64,000 nt of DNA from Bilabrum cf. latius (lineage: Eukaryota), in assembly GCA_965178125.1 (NCBI GenBank), contig OZ237736.1:434001-498000 (forward strand). The letters are read 5' to 3'. The notes beneath the pieces were generated by a model that was not told the origin of the DNA, ran no database searches, and saw nothing but the letters and a program-made list of their open reading frames with translations. The translations under genes were made by a program, and so were the position numbers. Shown in pieces: positions 13,992 through 26,657 of the stretch. The first letter of the stretch is position 1, and each line of letters starts with the position of its first letter.

Positions 13992-14333
13992 GTGTGACGA
14001 GGGCATGCACTTGCAGGGCGTGCTGGTGATTGAGTGCAGAGGGTCAGGGAGGGTGAAGACCTGAGGTGTCACGAGGTGGGTGGAGCGAAGCAAGGTTTGC
14101 AGGTTTGCGCAAGCTATACGGCGGTGCTCTTCTTAATGCAAGGAGCCCCGTGTCTATTTCAAAAAGCTACTTCTAATTTACATTACCGAAAGTTAGAAGT
14201 ACTGTCTACCTTCACGCGGCGCTCAATACTGTTGCAACTTGCTGTTGCTGCTCAGGTAAGGCGTACTTTCAGGAATCTGGTTTCATTCCTCAGCACGATT
14301 GGAAGCGCACCAACAGTTTCAAGTTTCTATCGA

Positions 14334-17024
14334 ATGAGCTCAGCTGCTCACTAGGAATCCGATGATGTGAAGCATGTGGCTGGAAGGAGCTCATCGCAGT
14401 CGAGTAGCCATCGTGCTGGCCGGAAGCGATCTCGCTCCGATCGCGACGGGCGGCATTCGGACAAAAGCCGACATCGCGGATCTCATAGGGACCATGACTA
14501 CAGACCATACAGTGGCTCTGACGATGAATCAGACAGACGCGATGGCTCAAGGTCCAAGCGACGCAAGAGAGAGCGTTCGTCGAGGCACGGCAAGAGGTCG
14601 TCGTCTCGAAGAGACCGAGAGCCAAGCCGTGAGGATAGAGACCGCAGCAGGAGAAAAGACAGGCATCGAGAAAATGATAGGTCAGATCGTGGGTCCAACC
14701 GACGCCGACATGGAGAATCACGCCGGATACCCGAATCAAGCAGGAGGCGCGACAAGGAATCCAGCTAGAGCCGCCGTGATCGTGAGCCATCGCGCCGCAC
14801 TCGCGATTCAAAGGAAGTTGAGAGTGATGCGCGTCGGTTGCCTAGCACAATGGCGGCGCCCACTGGATCAGGACCGAGCGCCTGGTCTCAGCACGTGGAC
14901 AAGCTCGGCTACACCAACGATGACAATCCGTTCGGAGACCCCCAGCTGCACAAGCAGTTCGTTTGGAAAAAGAAAATCAAGGCGTAGATTCGAGATGGGC
15001 GGCGAGAGCGCCCACCGACCCTCGCCGAGGAGCGACAGCGCCGCGACGCCCTGCTGCAGGAAGTAGACGCAGTGAAGCAGCGGCGGGAGGCGTTTGAGCA
15101 AGAAATGATGCAGCGCGAGAAGGAAAGACGAGAGGAGGAAAAGCAAAAAGAGATGGAGCAGCACGGCGAGTGGACTCGCATGGAGGAGCGCTTCTTCGCC
15201 GAGCAGCTACGCCGGAGGAGCGCCATCCGCATCCGAGAAGGAAGGGAGCAAGCCATCGATCTGCTCGCCAAAAACGTCCTGGTCGTCGAGTCCGGGGTGC
15301 ATGATGACCCGGACCAAGCCGCGGGAGGCGCCTCTCGTGCCACTCATCACATCGACCCCCTCGACCCGGCCCTGGACGTCTCCGTCAAGCAGCCCTGGCG
15401 CGTCCTTGAAGACCTCCTCCTTGACGAGCTCAAGGAAACGGGCGTGCGCCTGAGAGAAATGCAGAAAGCCGAGGATCTAGCCGCGCAGCACGACGCCCAG
15501 GCCAGCGCTGAGGCAGCCGACAAGACCGCAGCCGCCGCTTCGGCCTCGGGAACTGGAGCAGGTGCTCACCGAAGCAGCCGCGCCAGCTCTTCTTCGCCTA
15601 GCTAGGCTCATACTGCACGGCTGGCAGAGACAGCGGCCGAGTTCCTCGGAAATGGCGGCTCGTACGGCGAACCTCTCCCTCCGCATAAGCTGTGGGGCCT
15701 GCGTGCGGAGCACGACGAGATCGGTGGACCGACAGGAGAGCACGTGCCGTCCTTGCGAGCGGCTTTCCAGGCGTACTGGTCGGCTCTCAGCGTGGTGGTT
15801 GCGGATCACATCAACCGAGAAGCGATTCGAGAGCAAAAAGGGACCATTGTAGGGGCGGGCGGCGTGTCGTCATTGCTGGCAGACGAGGTTGACGAGCTGC
15901 TCAGTGGACGATCCCCGGGCGAACTTCGAGCAGCTGCTCCGGCGGTGCAATCACGGGCAGAGGCCGCCAGAGCCATGGCTGCCTCTCGCAAGATTCACGG
16001 CGGAAACGCGGGGATCGAGAGCGCGGGTCTTTGGCCTGCCCTTGCCCGAGCGATGGAGTACTACGAGTGCCAGGGCGTGCTTCGGCAGCTGCACAGGGCC
16101 ATGCTGCGATGCAGGATCAAGCAGCTGAGGCGCGTGGAAGAGCGCATAGCTGCCCAGGATCCGTAGCTGGCAAAGGCCGCAGAGAAGCTGCGAGAAGACA
16201 GAAAGGCCGCACTTGACGCGGTCAGGCACCGAGCCGTCGCGAGCGGGGCGGCGTCTGCAGCAGATCCATCGTTCGACGCTGCCGCAAAGTTGGCAAGAAC
16301 CGTCACAGATGCTGATTTGGATGCTGATTTCTTCTTAGTGCATGCGGATCGAGCGGGCGCGGATACCGCGTCAGAGTTCCGGCAACAGGCAGAAGAGACT
16401 GAGCGTGTCTTGAAGCTGCGGTCCGATTCAGCCACTAGATTTGCCTCTAGAAGGAAGGAAGCCGCTGCAGCTTCCGGCGCGGGCTCCGATGGAGAGCACA
16501 CTGTTGCTGTGGAAGAAGCCATTCGCAGCGGACTGGGAGAGGAGGAGGCAGACAAAGGGGACTAGGACGAGGTGCAGGTCGGAGGCAGCAAGGGAGCAGC
16601 GGCTGCCGGCGGCATGCTCGCACAGATCGGCACCGGAGAAGTATACGGGATGGACGATCGCTATCGCCCGCGCAAGCCGCGGTACATCCATCGGGTCCGC
16701 ACGGGATACGACTGGAACTCGCACAACAAGGCCTACTTCAGCATCGACAACCCGCCCCCCAAGATGGTCCAGGGATACAAGTTCCAGGTGCTGTACCCGG
16801 ACCTGATCGACAAGAGTCAGGCACCCACCTATAGGATCGAAGCTGCCGATCACAGAGATTTTTGCATCCTGCGGTTCTCGGCTGGGCCGCCGTACCAGGA
16901 CGTTGCGTTCAAGATTGTCAACCGCGAGTGGGATACGGTGCCGAGGCACGGGTTCCTGTGCCGGTTTGATCGCGGGGTTTTCAAGTTGTTCTTCAACTTC
17001 AAGAGGTACCGGTGGAGGAAGTGA
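14334..17024 (+). CDS. CACTIN: Cactin (splicing factor), 896 aa with TAG=Gln
   Basis: RS-rich N-terminus, GYTNDDNPFGD..FVWKKK, RSAIRIREGR..IDLLAK, and C-terminal RPRKPRY..TGYDWN..NPPPKMVQGYKF..AGPPYQDVAFKIVNREW. One frame with six internal TAGs; ends TGA. Confidence 0.95.
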
Positions 17025-17193
17025 GGCTGTCGAGCTCCTCCGAGGGTGGTCGCTTCGGGTGCGATTGGGAATCCAATTTGGGATTCTTGTCTTCTTCTTG
17101 AACTATATTTGCACCCTTACGGCAGTACTTCCATATGATCACATGCATACTTTTCAAATTATACCCGGGAACGTGCGGGTATCGGATTTTGGA

Positions 17194-20100
17194 TCACCCG
17201 GTTCGCCTGGCCGCGCCCTGCAGCAGCTTCGCTCGGCCTTTCCTCACGCTGGGAGACAGCGCCGCACCTGCGCCTCCCAGCGAGCCCGCCAGCGACGGTG
17301 ATTTCATGCTGGTGTCCGGCGCTGCGTCCTTAGCCGACTGGTTCAGAGAGGCGCGCATGAATGAAATCTCATTCGCGCCACCTTTCCCTGCTGTGCTCTT
17401 CCCCAGCTGCGGTCGCACGGGTGAGAGCCGCTCACTTTTGGATAGAGCCGGCGACAGCGCCGTGAATCGTGACCCCCCAGTCGCCCCCATCGCAGCCGAC
17501 TTCCCAGAGGCGCCAAAGTCTGGCTGCGGAAAGAAAGGCGACTTGGACGGCGCGAAGCCTCCAAGGCCACCCTGCCCCGCCGCGCCCTTCTTCCCAGTGC
17601 TTGCCACGGTCCGCCTCGTCGCCTTGGAGCTAGCGATCGGCTATCGGCCTAGTTGTTTCTCCCGCAGCGCAGTCGCTGATGTTGTCCATGGCGCCCGCAT
17701 GGCAGGCGACGAGGACGCGTGGTGCAGCTACCGTCGTGCATCTGGCGTACCCGGGAGAAGCGTCTCTGGCGCACTGCCGGCAGTTGCACCAGGCGATGGG
17801 CTGCTCCTCCTGCTGAGCATCTCAGCCATCGACACAGGACCAGGCCTAGCATTGGAAGCAGAGCCAGACATGCCTGAATTATCCACGGAGGATCCGTCCA
17901 ACAGACTCCTGTTTCTTGCCATGCCCTCAGAATTCACCGCGGATCGAACACGTCGCAGCACAGGGGTGGCTGACTGCCCTCGTGACCCGGCAGCGGCAGC
18001 GCCGGCGGCGCTATTCACTCGCCCGCTGCCAGGATCCCCATCGCCTCGAGCAGAGCCGTGGGACGACGACGTGCGACTGCGTCTGGCAGAGCCAAGACCG
18101 CCTTGGCCCGCTCCGACACCTCCAAGCGCCAGCGCTGGCACCCCGTTGCCGGCTTCCGACCCGCTGCCCAGCGGACCTGTTCCCAGGTTTCTTGAAGACC
18201 CGCCCGTGCCCGAACGCATCTGTCTCCGCCGCTCCATAGCTTTGCCGGCTTCTGATCCTGCCCTATCTGTCGGTGATTGCAGCTGCGTGCCTTGGAGAGC
18301 TCGCTCTGCAGCCCTCTGCCGCCGGGTCGCCCGGTTTCCCTTGGCAAAGCTGGTCTCGTTCTCGCTGTCATTCGCATTCCTAGCATCGCTTGAAGCAGGA
18401 ACACCTTCCGAAGGGCCACCTCCCTGCTACCCGTCTCCATCGACTCCGTCTGCTGAACGATCACCATCAGGACTAGCGGCAGCAGCAGCGGTGACTCTCT
18501 TCGCAGGTCGCTTCAGCAGGCTGCGTGACGTCACTGAGGCATCAACATCCAGACCGAGCATCTAATCTATCGTCTGGGCAGTTCCGCTGCGACCGTACTT
18601 GACAATAATGCCGTTGTACGTGTCTGCTCGCGCTCGCCCCTTTGGCCTGGTGACGCCCTTCCTGCCCTTTAGCATGCGCAGCATCTGCGCAGGCAAAATC
18701 CCACGGCCGAGGCCGTCCTTGCCCACGACGATGTGGCGCCTGCCCTTTCGGTCCTTCTGCACACACTTGGGCCCGAGTGCCTGCCTCAGGCGGTCCAGGA
18801 TGCTCCTCATCTCTCCGTCGGTCATGCCCAAGTCGGCATCGTAGTGGATCCGCTTCTTCTCGTTCTTCTTGCCCTCACCGTCGTTCTACTGCCCCCCGCT
18901 AGCACCGCCGGCATTCTTGGACTGCGACTCGGTCTTTTTCTTTTTCTTGTCCCGCTTGGTTCCGTCGGGATTGAACCTGGAGTCCAAGATCTGCTCCATG
19001 ATCTCGCCCTGGGAGAACTCCGAGTGCTCTTTGATCTCGAACAGCGAGCTCCTCTTTCCCCTGGCCGCCCCGATGCCTGGACCAGTTCCGCCGGATCGCT
19101 CGTTGGACGACACGCCCCGCCGGCCCGGCTTGATCAGTGCAGTCATGGAGTTGGCCGTGGCATCGAGCCCGCTGCCACCGCTGTCGGCGCTGACAAAACG
19201 CACCCGAGCCACGCCGTCGCTGTGTTCCCTGCCGCTGGCAGATCCGGCCTTGCCCTGCGTCCCGTCATCAGCGGTTGGGAGCGTGTCCGGCTGCCCGTCT
19301 GCGCTTCCGGTGGCGCTGGCGCTTCCGATGGCGAGAAGGGTCTTGTCTGCCTCGTGCGTGCGCCTGCTAGTGCAATCGCTGGCCTCTCGAGATGGAAGGG
19401 CAGGACGCGGCACCGCGGACTGGTCGCTGCTCCCGCCCGCGCCCTTGCTATCACCGGCACCCTGCACGCTTGCAGACGACTCTTCTTCGGCTGCCTTACT
19501 ATTCCTGGCCATGATTTCAGCCTGCTTGCCGAGTATGGTCCCGGTGCGGATGCGCTCTGCCTCCTCGTCAGCGTCTCTTTCGATCCTCGACCACACCTTG
19601 GCGTCCATTGCCACGGCTTCTTCCTCGTCTTCCCGGATGGGGTCGCGCGTACCGATCGTGCCGAGCGCGCGCTCGACCCGATTGGTCCGCGCGACGACGC
19701 TCTTCCAAAACTCCTCGCCAAAGACTAGCTACCGGATCTTTCGCTGGATCGCGATGACCGGCCACAGCAGCTGCTAGCTGCTCGACACCATCCGTCTCCA
19801 GTCCTAGAAGCTGATCGTGAATCGGAGGTATGCCCTCTCCCCGTCCGTCATAAAGTCATTGTTGTCGCGAGCCTGCCTCTCTTTACGAATCGACTGGAAC
19901 GCCAGCTGCAGCGGCCGGTCGGCCTCGGTCTTGTCGGTCAGTGCCTTGCGAAGCCGAGGCGCCGCGCGCATGAGCCACCGCCAGTCCACGTACCGTGACC
20001 CGTAAGCAGCCCCCCCACCAGTGTTAGCCCCGGCCTCTCTGGCCTTGGCAACAGCCCCGGCCACCCCACTGGCAGGAGCCCCCCTCCCTCCACACCGCGA

Positions 20101-21060
20101 TGATGATGTGCCGCCACCCAAAGCCGAGAGGCCTCCGGATGCACCGCCCGCGCCTTCTCTCGCGCTGTCCAGACCATCTGGAAACTCGTCCAGGTCGTCG
20201 TAGAGAACACCCCTGACTGCAGTGTTGGCGGAGGGGCGGCGCTGCCTGGCCGCTTTCGCCGCCATGGTCGCCTCGGCTTCGAAATCGGGCATCTTTGGGG
20301 CGATATCTCGCTTGGATTCGCCCTTCTCCTTGAGTTCTCGCCTAGACTGCTGCCTCTTCTACTCTGAACGGGTTGTCACGGGCCCTGCGGCCATTGCGTC
20401 GAAGAGCAGACGCTCGAGGTCGCCCCCCTCCGCAGTGCATAGCCTCTCGATAAACCGGCAGAACTCGCTCGGACGAAGGTGAGGGATTCGGTCTCGCGGC
20501 TAGCCAAAAAGGATACAGTATATGAACAGAACCGACGCTGAATAGGACAGGCAAGACTACCCCAGCCAATGCTGCAGGTGATCTTTCGTGACCAGCCGTG
20601 AATCGAATGCTCGGCTGCCAACCCCTGCCTCGGCATCTGACAGCTTGCCATTCTTACGGATGTGCCCCCACAGGTTAGTTAAATACAGAATCTGTCGCCT
20701 GGTCAGGCACGTACCTCCAGGCGACGAGAAGTATGCAAGCGCGGCATCGGACACAAACGCTTCGCCACAGCAGTCCTCACACACCCCTGACGGGCAGCAG
20801 CCCCCGCATCCCCCTTTGCTTGGGACATTGCGTACAAACATGTCGTCATCATCGTCGACATCAGTTGCTGTCCCGTGCGCAATCCCACGGACGGCCCGCG
20901 GATTCGGCAACGAACGCTGAGTCTTCGATGAGCTTGCGCCTGCTGCCATTGCCCCGGAGTCTCGCAGCCTAGCGGTGCCGTCATTTTCATCTGTACGTTC
21001 ATTTTGGGCCGATGAGCTTGCTGAGTCTTTCGCTGCGAGTGTTGATGCTGCAGTGCCCAT
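17194..21060 (-). CDS. ~1290-aa hypothetical protein, possible N-myristoylation (MGTAAS) and degenerate EF-hand-like region
   Basis: ORFs 20557, 19804, 18886, 18562, 17728 and 17194 share one frame. The upstream five end in TAG; the last ends in TGA. Not every gap was checked codon by codon. Confidence 0.65.
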
Positions 21061-21351
21061 CGCGGATGCAGTGTGCCGTTCAGGTGTGGTGCAGGTTACA
21101 CGACAGGTCGCAGTCGTCGATCTGCACCACAGGTGCAAGGTGCAGACTAGAATTAATAAAACGAAGATGGATACACGCTAAGTTTGAAAGCAAGTGCTCG
21201 ATGATCTATGCCGTCGCTGGCTGACTCTGGTCGCAAACCGCCACACTGCTATACGCGGCAGTGCAGTGCATCAAATTCGACCGTCGCCCACGCCTACGCA
21301 AGTACCAACTAGCTTGCTGCGTTGACGCGTACTAATCGGCCCAAGAACACT

Positions 21352-22260
21352 TTAAACTTCCTGACTCGTCCCAACATCGACCCGAGCATGGGGTACCCCC
21401 TGCGGATTCGCTTCCCCTTTTTCAAGCTCATTGTGCGCAGGGCTGTCACCGCAGCAGCAAACGCAACAGCACTGCAAACAGCTCGCAGGGCAGCACCCCA
21501 GGCAGCAGCGGCAGCAGCGGCAGCCGTATGCCCAGCACATCCAGCTCCCAATTGCTGCTCCCAGCGCAGACACGATCCCCAGCCCGATCATTGCACCGTG
21601 GTACCATTGTATCTAGCACGTTTCCCCGCTCCTGTCTCCTCTCCTTTGCCCCAGGATGTCGAAATGCGCGGGGTATACGCCACGTGCCATCAGCGTCTGT
21701 GCCCGAAAACCATCCGTGATTGGTTCAGGGGTGAAGCCATGCTCTTTCGAATCGATCACAACGATGCGGTGTGTATCCGGGGTGCTTGCGTTGATGCGGA
21801 CGTACGCCGCGTGCTTCCCCCTTGCGGAGTTCGCGACAGGGTCGTCTTCGGAGATGACGTGGAACGCGTCCCGCCCATCCGAGGCCGCCAAAGTGAAAAG
21901 ACACTCCCATGGGCATATTGACAGGTACCAGTCGTCGCTCGTCTGCCCGCTGAGCCACGGCCATGGCTACTAGTAGTCTTGGTTGAAGTTCCAGTACCGT
22001 CCCGCTGGTTCTGCTCCCAGTCCTCCCGCGGCTTCTCGTACACGCGAATGGACCACGGCGTGCTTCCAGCCACTGCTACACCCGTAGTGATGCGCGTATC
22101 CAGGGCCTGAAGCAGCTGTGTGCCCCAGCCTCCGCCTGACGTGCCAGTCATCAATGACTCATCATCACGGGGCAGTTGAGCTCTGTGGTGTTGGCGAAGT
22201 TTAGAGTGAGAATAACGGGCTCGAGGAACAGGCAAATGGCCTTGACTTACTCTTCGGGCT
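21352..22260 (-). pseudogene. Frameshifted alpha/beta-hydrolase-like gene with C-terminal TM helix and Cys-rich tail
   Basis: FLEPVILTLNF, then MTGTSGGGWG..ALDTRI..VAGS.P..DWEQ (GxSxGG elbow), then LFTLAASDGR..EDDP..H lie in successive different frames. Tiny introns or sequence errors are not excluded. Confidence 0.4.
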
Positions 22261-22402
22261 CCATGTGCTGGTATAGAGGGCTGTGTCTATTATCCTCATT
22301 GCCAGTGGGGGGGGAACCGGGCCATCATTCGGCCCCACTTGGTCATCGAGATGATGGATTATTCTTTCTCCTTCTCATTCACCGTTGTCAACTTAATGCA
22401 TA

Positions 22403-25400
22403 ATGCGCGCCAAACCTATGAGATTCATAGTCTGTATTATTTGGGTAGTTTCTATTTGCCGTTCACATGCGTTGGGCTTACTTGGGACAGAGTCTGAAGG
22501 CGGACGAGCGAGCATTCCAGCATCGTCGTCCTGCAAAGGACCTTGTGCCCGGATCGACTACCTTTCACGGATTCTCGAGCAAGGTCCAGCCTTATCAAGA
22601 CAAGCCATAGCCCCGAAAGTGGCGCAAAACTTCTTCAGCCCTGCAGACATGGACTTTGGACTCTATGCTCAGCTCGACAGCCAAAGGATCGGTGGGCCGG
22701 TCGTGCGAATGATAGCAGGGAACTTCATGTCACTCAGAAGCGACCCTAACATTGACTATGGCACTGCATTACGAAATCTTGGAGCTTCCGGTGGATCGCT
22801 CGGAAGCAGTGGCTCTCCAGTTCCTGGACACAGCCCAGGCACCTTCGACAGAATGTCCGCTGCTGATGTGCTTGCTGGGCTTGCCAAAGGTGAGACAGCG
22901 CTGCTATACGAGGCGGAGTTGTGGCATTAGTAGTCCGCGTTGCTCGCGTCGTACTTCTCTCGGCAGCTCAAGGCGAGCACTGAGGTGAATGTGTACGTGT
23001 CCCCACCGGCCGCGAAGGAGGCTCTGCATCTCCACCACGACGGCACCTGCGTCATGATTATCCAGACTTCTGGCAGGAAAGAATGGGAGATTTTTGAACC
23101 GGTGCTTCGTCTGCCATACACGCACGAGGACATGGCATCGTACAACAGCGAGGCGGAGCAAAGGCAAGTGCCCCCGCCGACAGACGAGTACTAGGCAAGG
23201 ATACCCCCGCCAGCTGCAGCCTGCCCGGACGTGAAATTTCATAACGCTACTAATGCTCAGGGCACTGAAGGGCATCTAGTTCAGGGTCTCGGCGTGAAAG
23301 AGATGCGGAACGCCAGGAACGGTCTCGGTCTGCGCACCAAGAAGGCGAGAGGGCGACCCCCCAGCGGGCGGCGAACCGGTCTCGGCCCTCGAGACGGGCC
23401 GATACCTAGCTATCGGCTGGTTCTAGAGCCTGGCGATGTCCTTTACCTGCCTCGAGGCACGCCTCACAGGGCCAGGACGATTGGAACGTCTGTCAGCACT
23501 CACATGACTGTGGCCCTTCGCACCGACGCCACGAGCGTGCATGCCGCTGTGGTCAGCCTCATCGCCATTGCAGCCGACGAGTCCAGACGCAGGGTATTGC
23601 AGGGGTGTGGCGGCACTAGTCACTCTACGAAGACGCTCAACGGATACTTGCACTGGGCCCGGAGTGCTGAAGAACTCCGGCTCGCGCCCCTGTGCCACAA
23701 GGCGCTCGAGGCCGCGGGCGGTTCCAAGCTCGAGGCAGCGAGGGCGCTGGCAGACGCTGCCAGGCGCATCGACTACCAGCTGGATATTGCTGTTGCTGAG
23801 AATAGGGGTGTTCAGGTGGACTTGGAGCAGGGAGGTTCCGGTACCCAGCGCCGCGGCATCTCCACGACTGCTCCAGCGGATGCCCTTCTGGATCGTGCGG
23901 TCAGGTCCGTGTTCCCCCTCGGGCTCGTCGGACCTCTGGGTCTGGTGCCCGACCTAGCTGCACTGTCTACCGCGGGCAGGTGCCGCAACGACACGCTCTC
24001 TGGGATTGACCATAGCGACGACGTCGCTCCGGTTGAATCGTCCCGTTCGGCAAGATACCAAGGCCCGAGAGGATTTCAGCTGCTGGGCATGCTAGACAGG
24101 GGTACTGCCCCCAAGAAAGCTGTTGAGGCCGCCATCGCCCGCCGCCCATCCGGTTCGCTGCCCACACACCTGCTGGGCAAGCTGCGAGCAGGTGCCGTCG
24201 GCGCTGATGCTGCCGCCCCTGCGGTTCACCAAGGAAGCGCCAGGCAGCTTGCGTCAGGTCTGTCGCCAGTGGAGGTAGACAATTTGTTGCACCGCAAGTC
24301 GGCATTGTCTGCTCTGTCTTATTCCTTCAAGACAGTTGAAGCCAGGCTGCAGGTCGTGTTTGAGCGAGTAGCTTCTGATTCCGTCAAAGGACTGCGTGGC
24401 AGGTCTAGCAGGTCGAGTTCTAGAAGCAGCAGCGGAAGTACTATGGATCCGTTTCGGTGCTGGATTCTGCTGTCACTTCTTCCGTCGGATTCAAACGTGA
24501 CGACGGTCCTTGAGCGGGCGTGCTTCACCAAGGAGGAGCTGTCTGCTAGACCGGACGATGCATCGCCCCCGCGCTACAACTCCGAGTCTGGGTTTGACCC
24601 AGATACCGGGCTGCCGGCCCAGGGAACTGTTAAGTCGGCTCGGCGCACATTGAAGCCACTCGTCGGCGTGTGTCACGCGGCTCACGCACTCACATTGCGG
24701 CACCTCCACTCCCAGCGGCCCTCACTGACCAAGCAGCACCTTGCACAGAAGCGGGCGATTCGTGCCGCCGCGGAGTCCATCGAGGTATCATCGTCTTCTA
24801 GTGGGAATTCCAGGAAGCGCAGCGGCGCGGACACGGCCGCTATTCAGGCGATTGGAAGCTTGGCCAGTTCGGTCCCGACCGAACGCTCCAGTCGGCTGGA
24901 CTGGGACGGCAGCGCCCTGCCACTTGCAGACAATGGTGCTGTGAACGGTGAACGAATGCTGAGTCACAACGCAGGGATGGGTGCCAAGGGGGCACTCATC
25001 GACAGGTTTGCCTCGGTGCGAACCCTTGATTTTGAACGTACTGCGCTAGAGCGTGCGCCGAGTGTGGGTGCATTGCTGACTGTGGAGAGGATGCGGCTGC
25101 CGGGCGACGAAGAAGACGATGGCAACTCGCGAGGAGGGTCATCTGCCGAGGTATCACCACGAGGGTCTGCCTCCGTCTCTGCTGACGGCTTGAGCATGAG
25201 CCCAGCAAGGGCAAGGCTTCACGATGTGGATCTGTATCCGTCTAGATTAATGGAGCACTTCACAGCTGTGTCCGGAGGACTTGGCGTCAACGTTGCGATG
25301 AACCGATGGGCACTCGGTGCATTCTGCGGGCCTGCAGTCGCGGCGCAGTCAGATCCACTGTTCCAGAACGCCAAATGGAGGCAAGCCTGGGTAGATGGGG

Positions 25401-25873
25401 TCCGAGGTGGGGGTGCGGGGTAGGGCAAGAAAGCCCGCGTTTGGCTCCACATGGAAGGTGTGGAGCCCTTGCAGGTGCCTTGGAGACTGGTACCGGTGGT
25501 GCAGCAGCTGATCTCGTCTGGAGCGGGCGAATCACAGTCGCTAGCAAATGTTGCGACGAGCGTGGACCTGTTCGGAGACAGACGTCACCAAACAGAGTCG
25601 CGATCAAGGTCTGTTGATGAGGCCGTGAAGTCAGGCAACACAGGCCCGCAAGGTGGTTCTGCTCATGCTGAGACAGCTCGCGAGCGGATGGAGGCGCTCG
25701 GGCGGGATGCAGTCATTGGAATCCAGCCAACCAAGCCGGTGCCGCAGGGAACCCGCGGCAAGGTTAAGAAAGTCTTGGTTGGAATCGCGAGGAAGATGCT
25801 GCTGGCAGGCGTACTTCGAGTGTCGGGACAGAGCAGTGCTGACGACGAGCAGCTGGGCGGGTGGGATGATTGA
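22403..25873 (+). CDS. JmjC/cupin 2-oxoglutarate oxygenase (ROX/NO66-like), possible signal peptide (TAG=Gln)
   Basis: VNVYVSPP...LHHD..VMIIQTSGRKEW and LEPGDVLYLPRGTPH lie in ORFs joined in frame across TAGs, including a TAG-TAG at 22928. Ends TGA. Confidence 0.85.
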
Positions 25874-26657
25874 TCCGAGATCCGAACTGAATACTATCAC
25901 TGAAACAGCTGGATCTTGAGAGTACCGCCTTGGCAAATGCAAATGGTCAGTCCCGTGGATGTTGAATACTGCCTCGCGATGCTGGTCGCTCAAGCAGGTC
26001 CGCAGCTGCGACCACCTTGACCTGGGGACATGGAACCTCGCCGGTGCGTTGCGATCATATGCCTTCTACTTGCTGGTTTAGCAATTCCAAGACGGACCAT
26101 GCCAACCTTTGACCCATGCGAGGATTGCTTCTTCGCAATGTCTCGAGCGGACGAAGCAGCTGGAACCAAGCGCGCAAGCGCGGGGAGGCAATTGTAATAT
26201 GCTGATACATCTCTTTGGGCCCAAGCAAAGATCTGCAAAGATTGGGTCTGGGCATGAACGTACGAGGGACAAAGTTCCGACTCTATCTGCGCCAGAATCA
26301 TACCATGACCTGGCGTGTGGGCTCGACTGTAAGCCTCCGATGTGTCTGTGGTGTATTGCTATGATATCTGGCGAAATTGAATGCGCAAACATGGACAAAA
26401 TAGGCCAAAGTTTCATCAATCATGGTGGTGGCGCAATGCTGGCCAAGGGTCTGGCTGTATAGGCCAAAGTTTTGTCCGCACACCATCTACGGCAGGTGCA
26501 GTGCACTATAGCCCTTGAGCTGACGTATCGAGAAGTCGGTCACAGAAGACCGCGTTTGAGATATACTCTGGGTTTCTGATTTCGCCCAGAACGTTTAACT
26601 TTAGCAGTATATTTCCTAGTATCAGTATTGTAGCCAGACACTTCCGTTTCTGTACTC

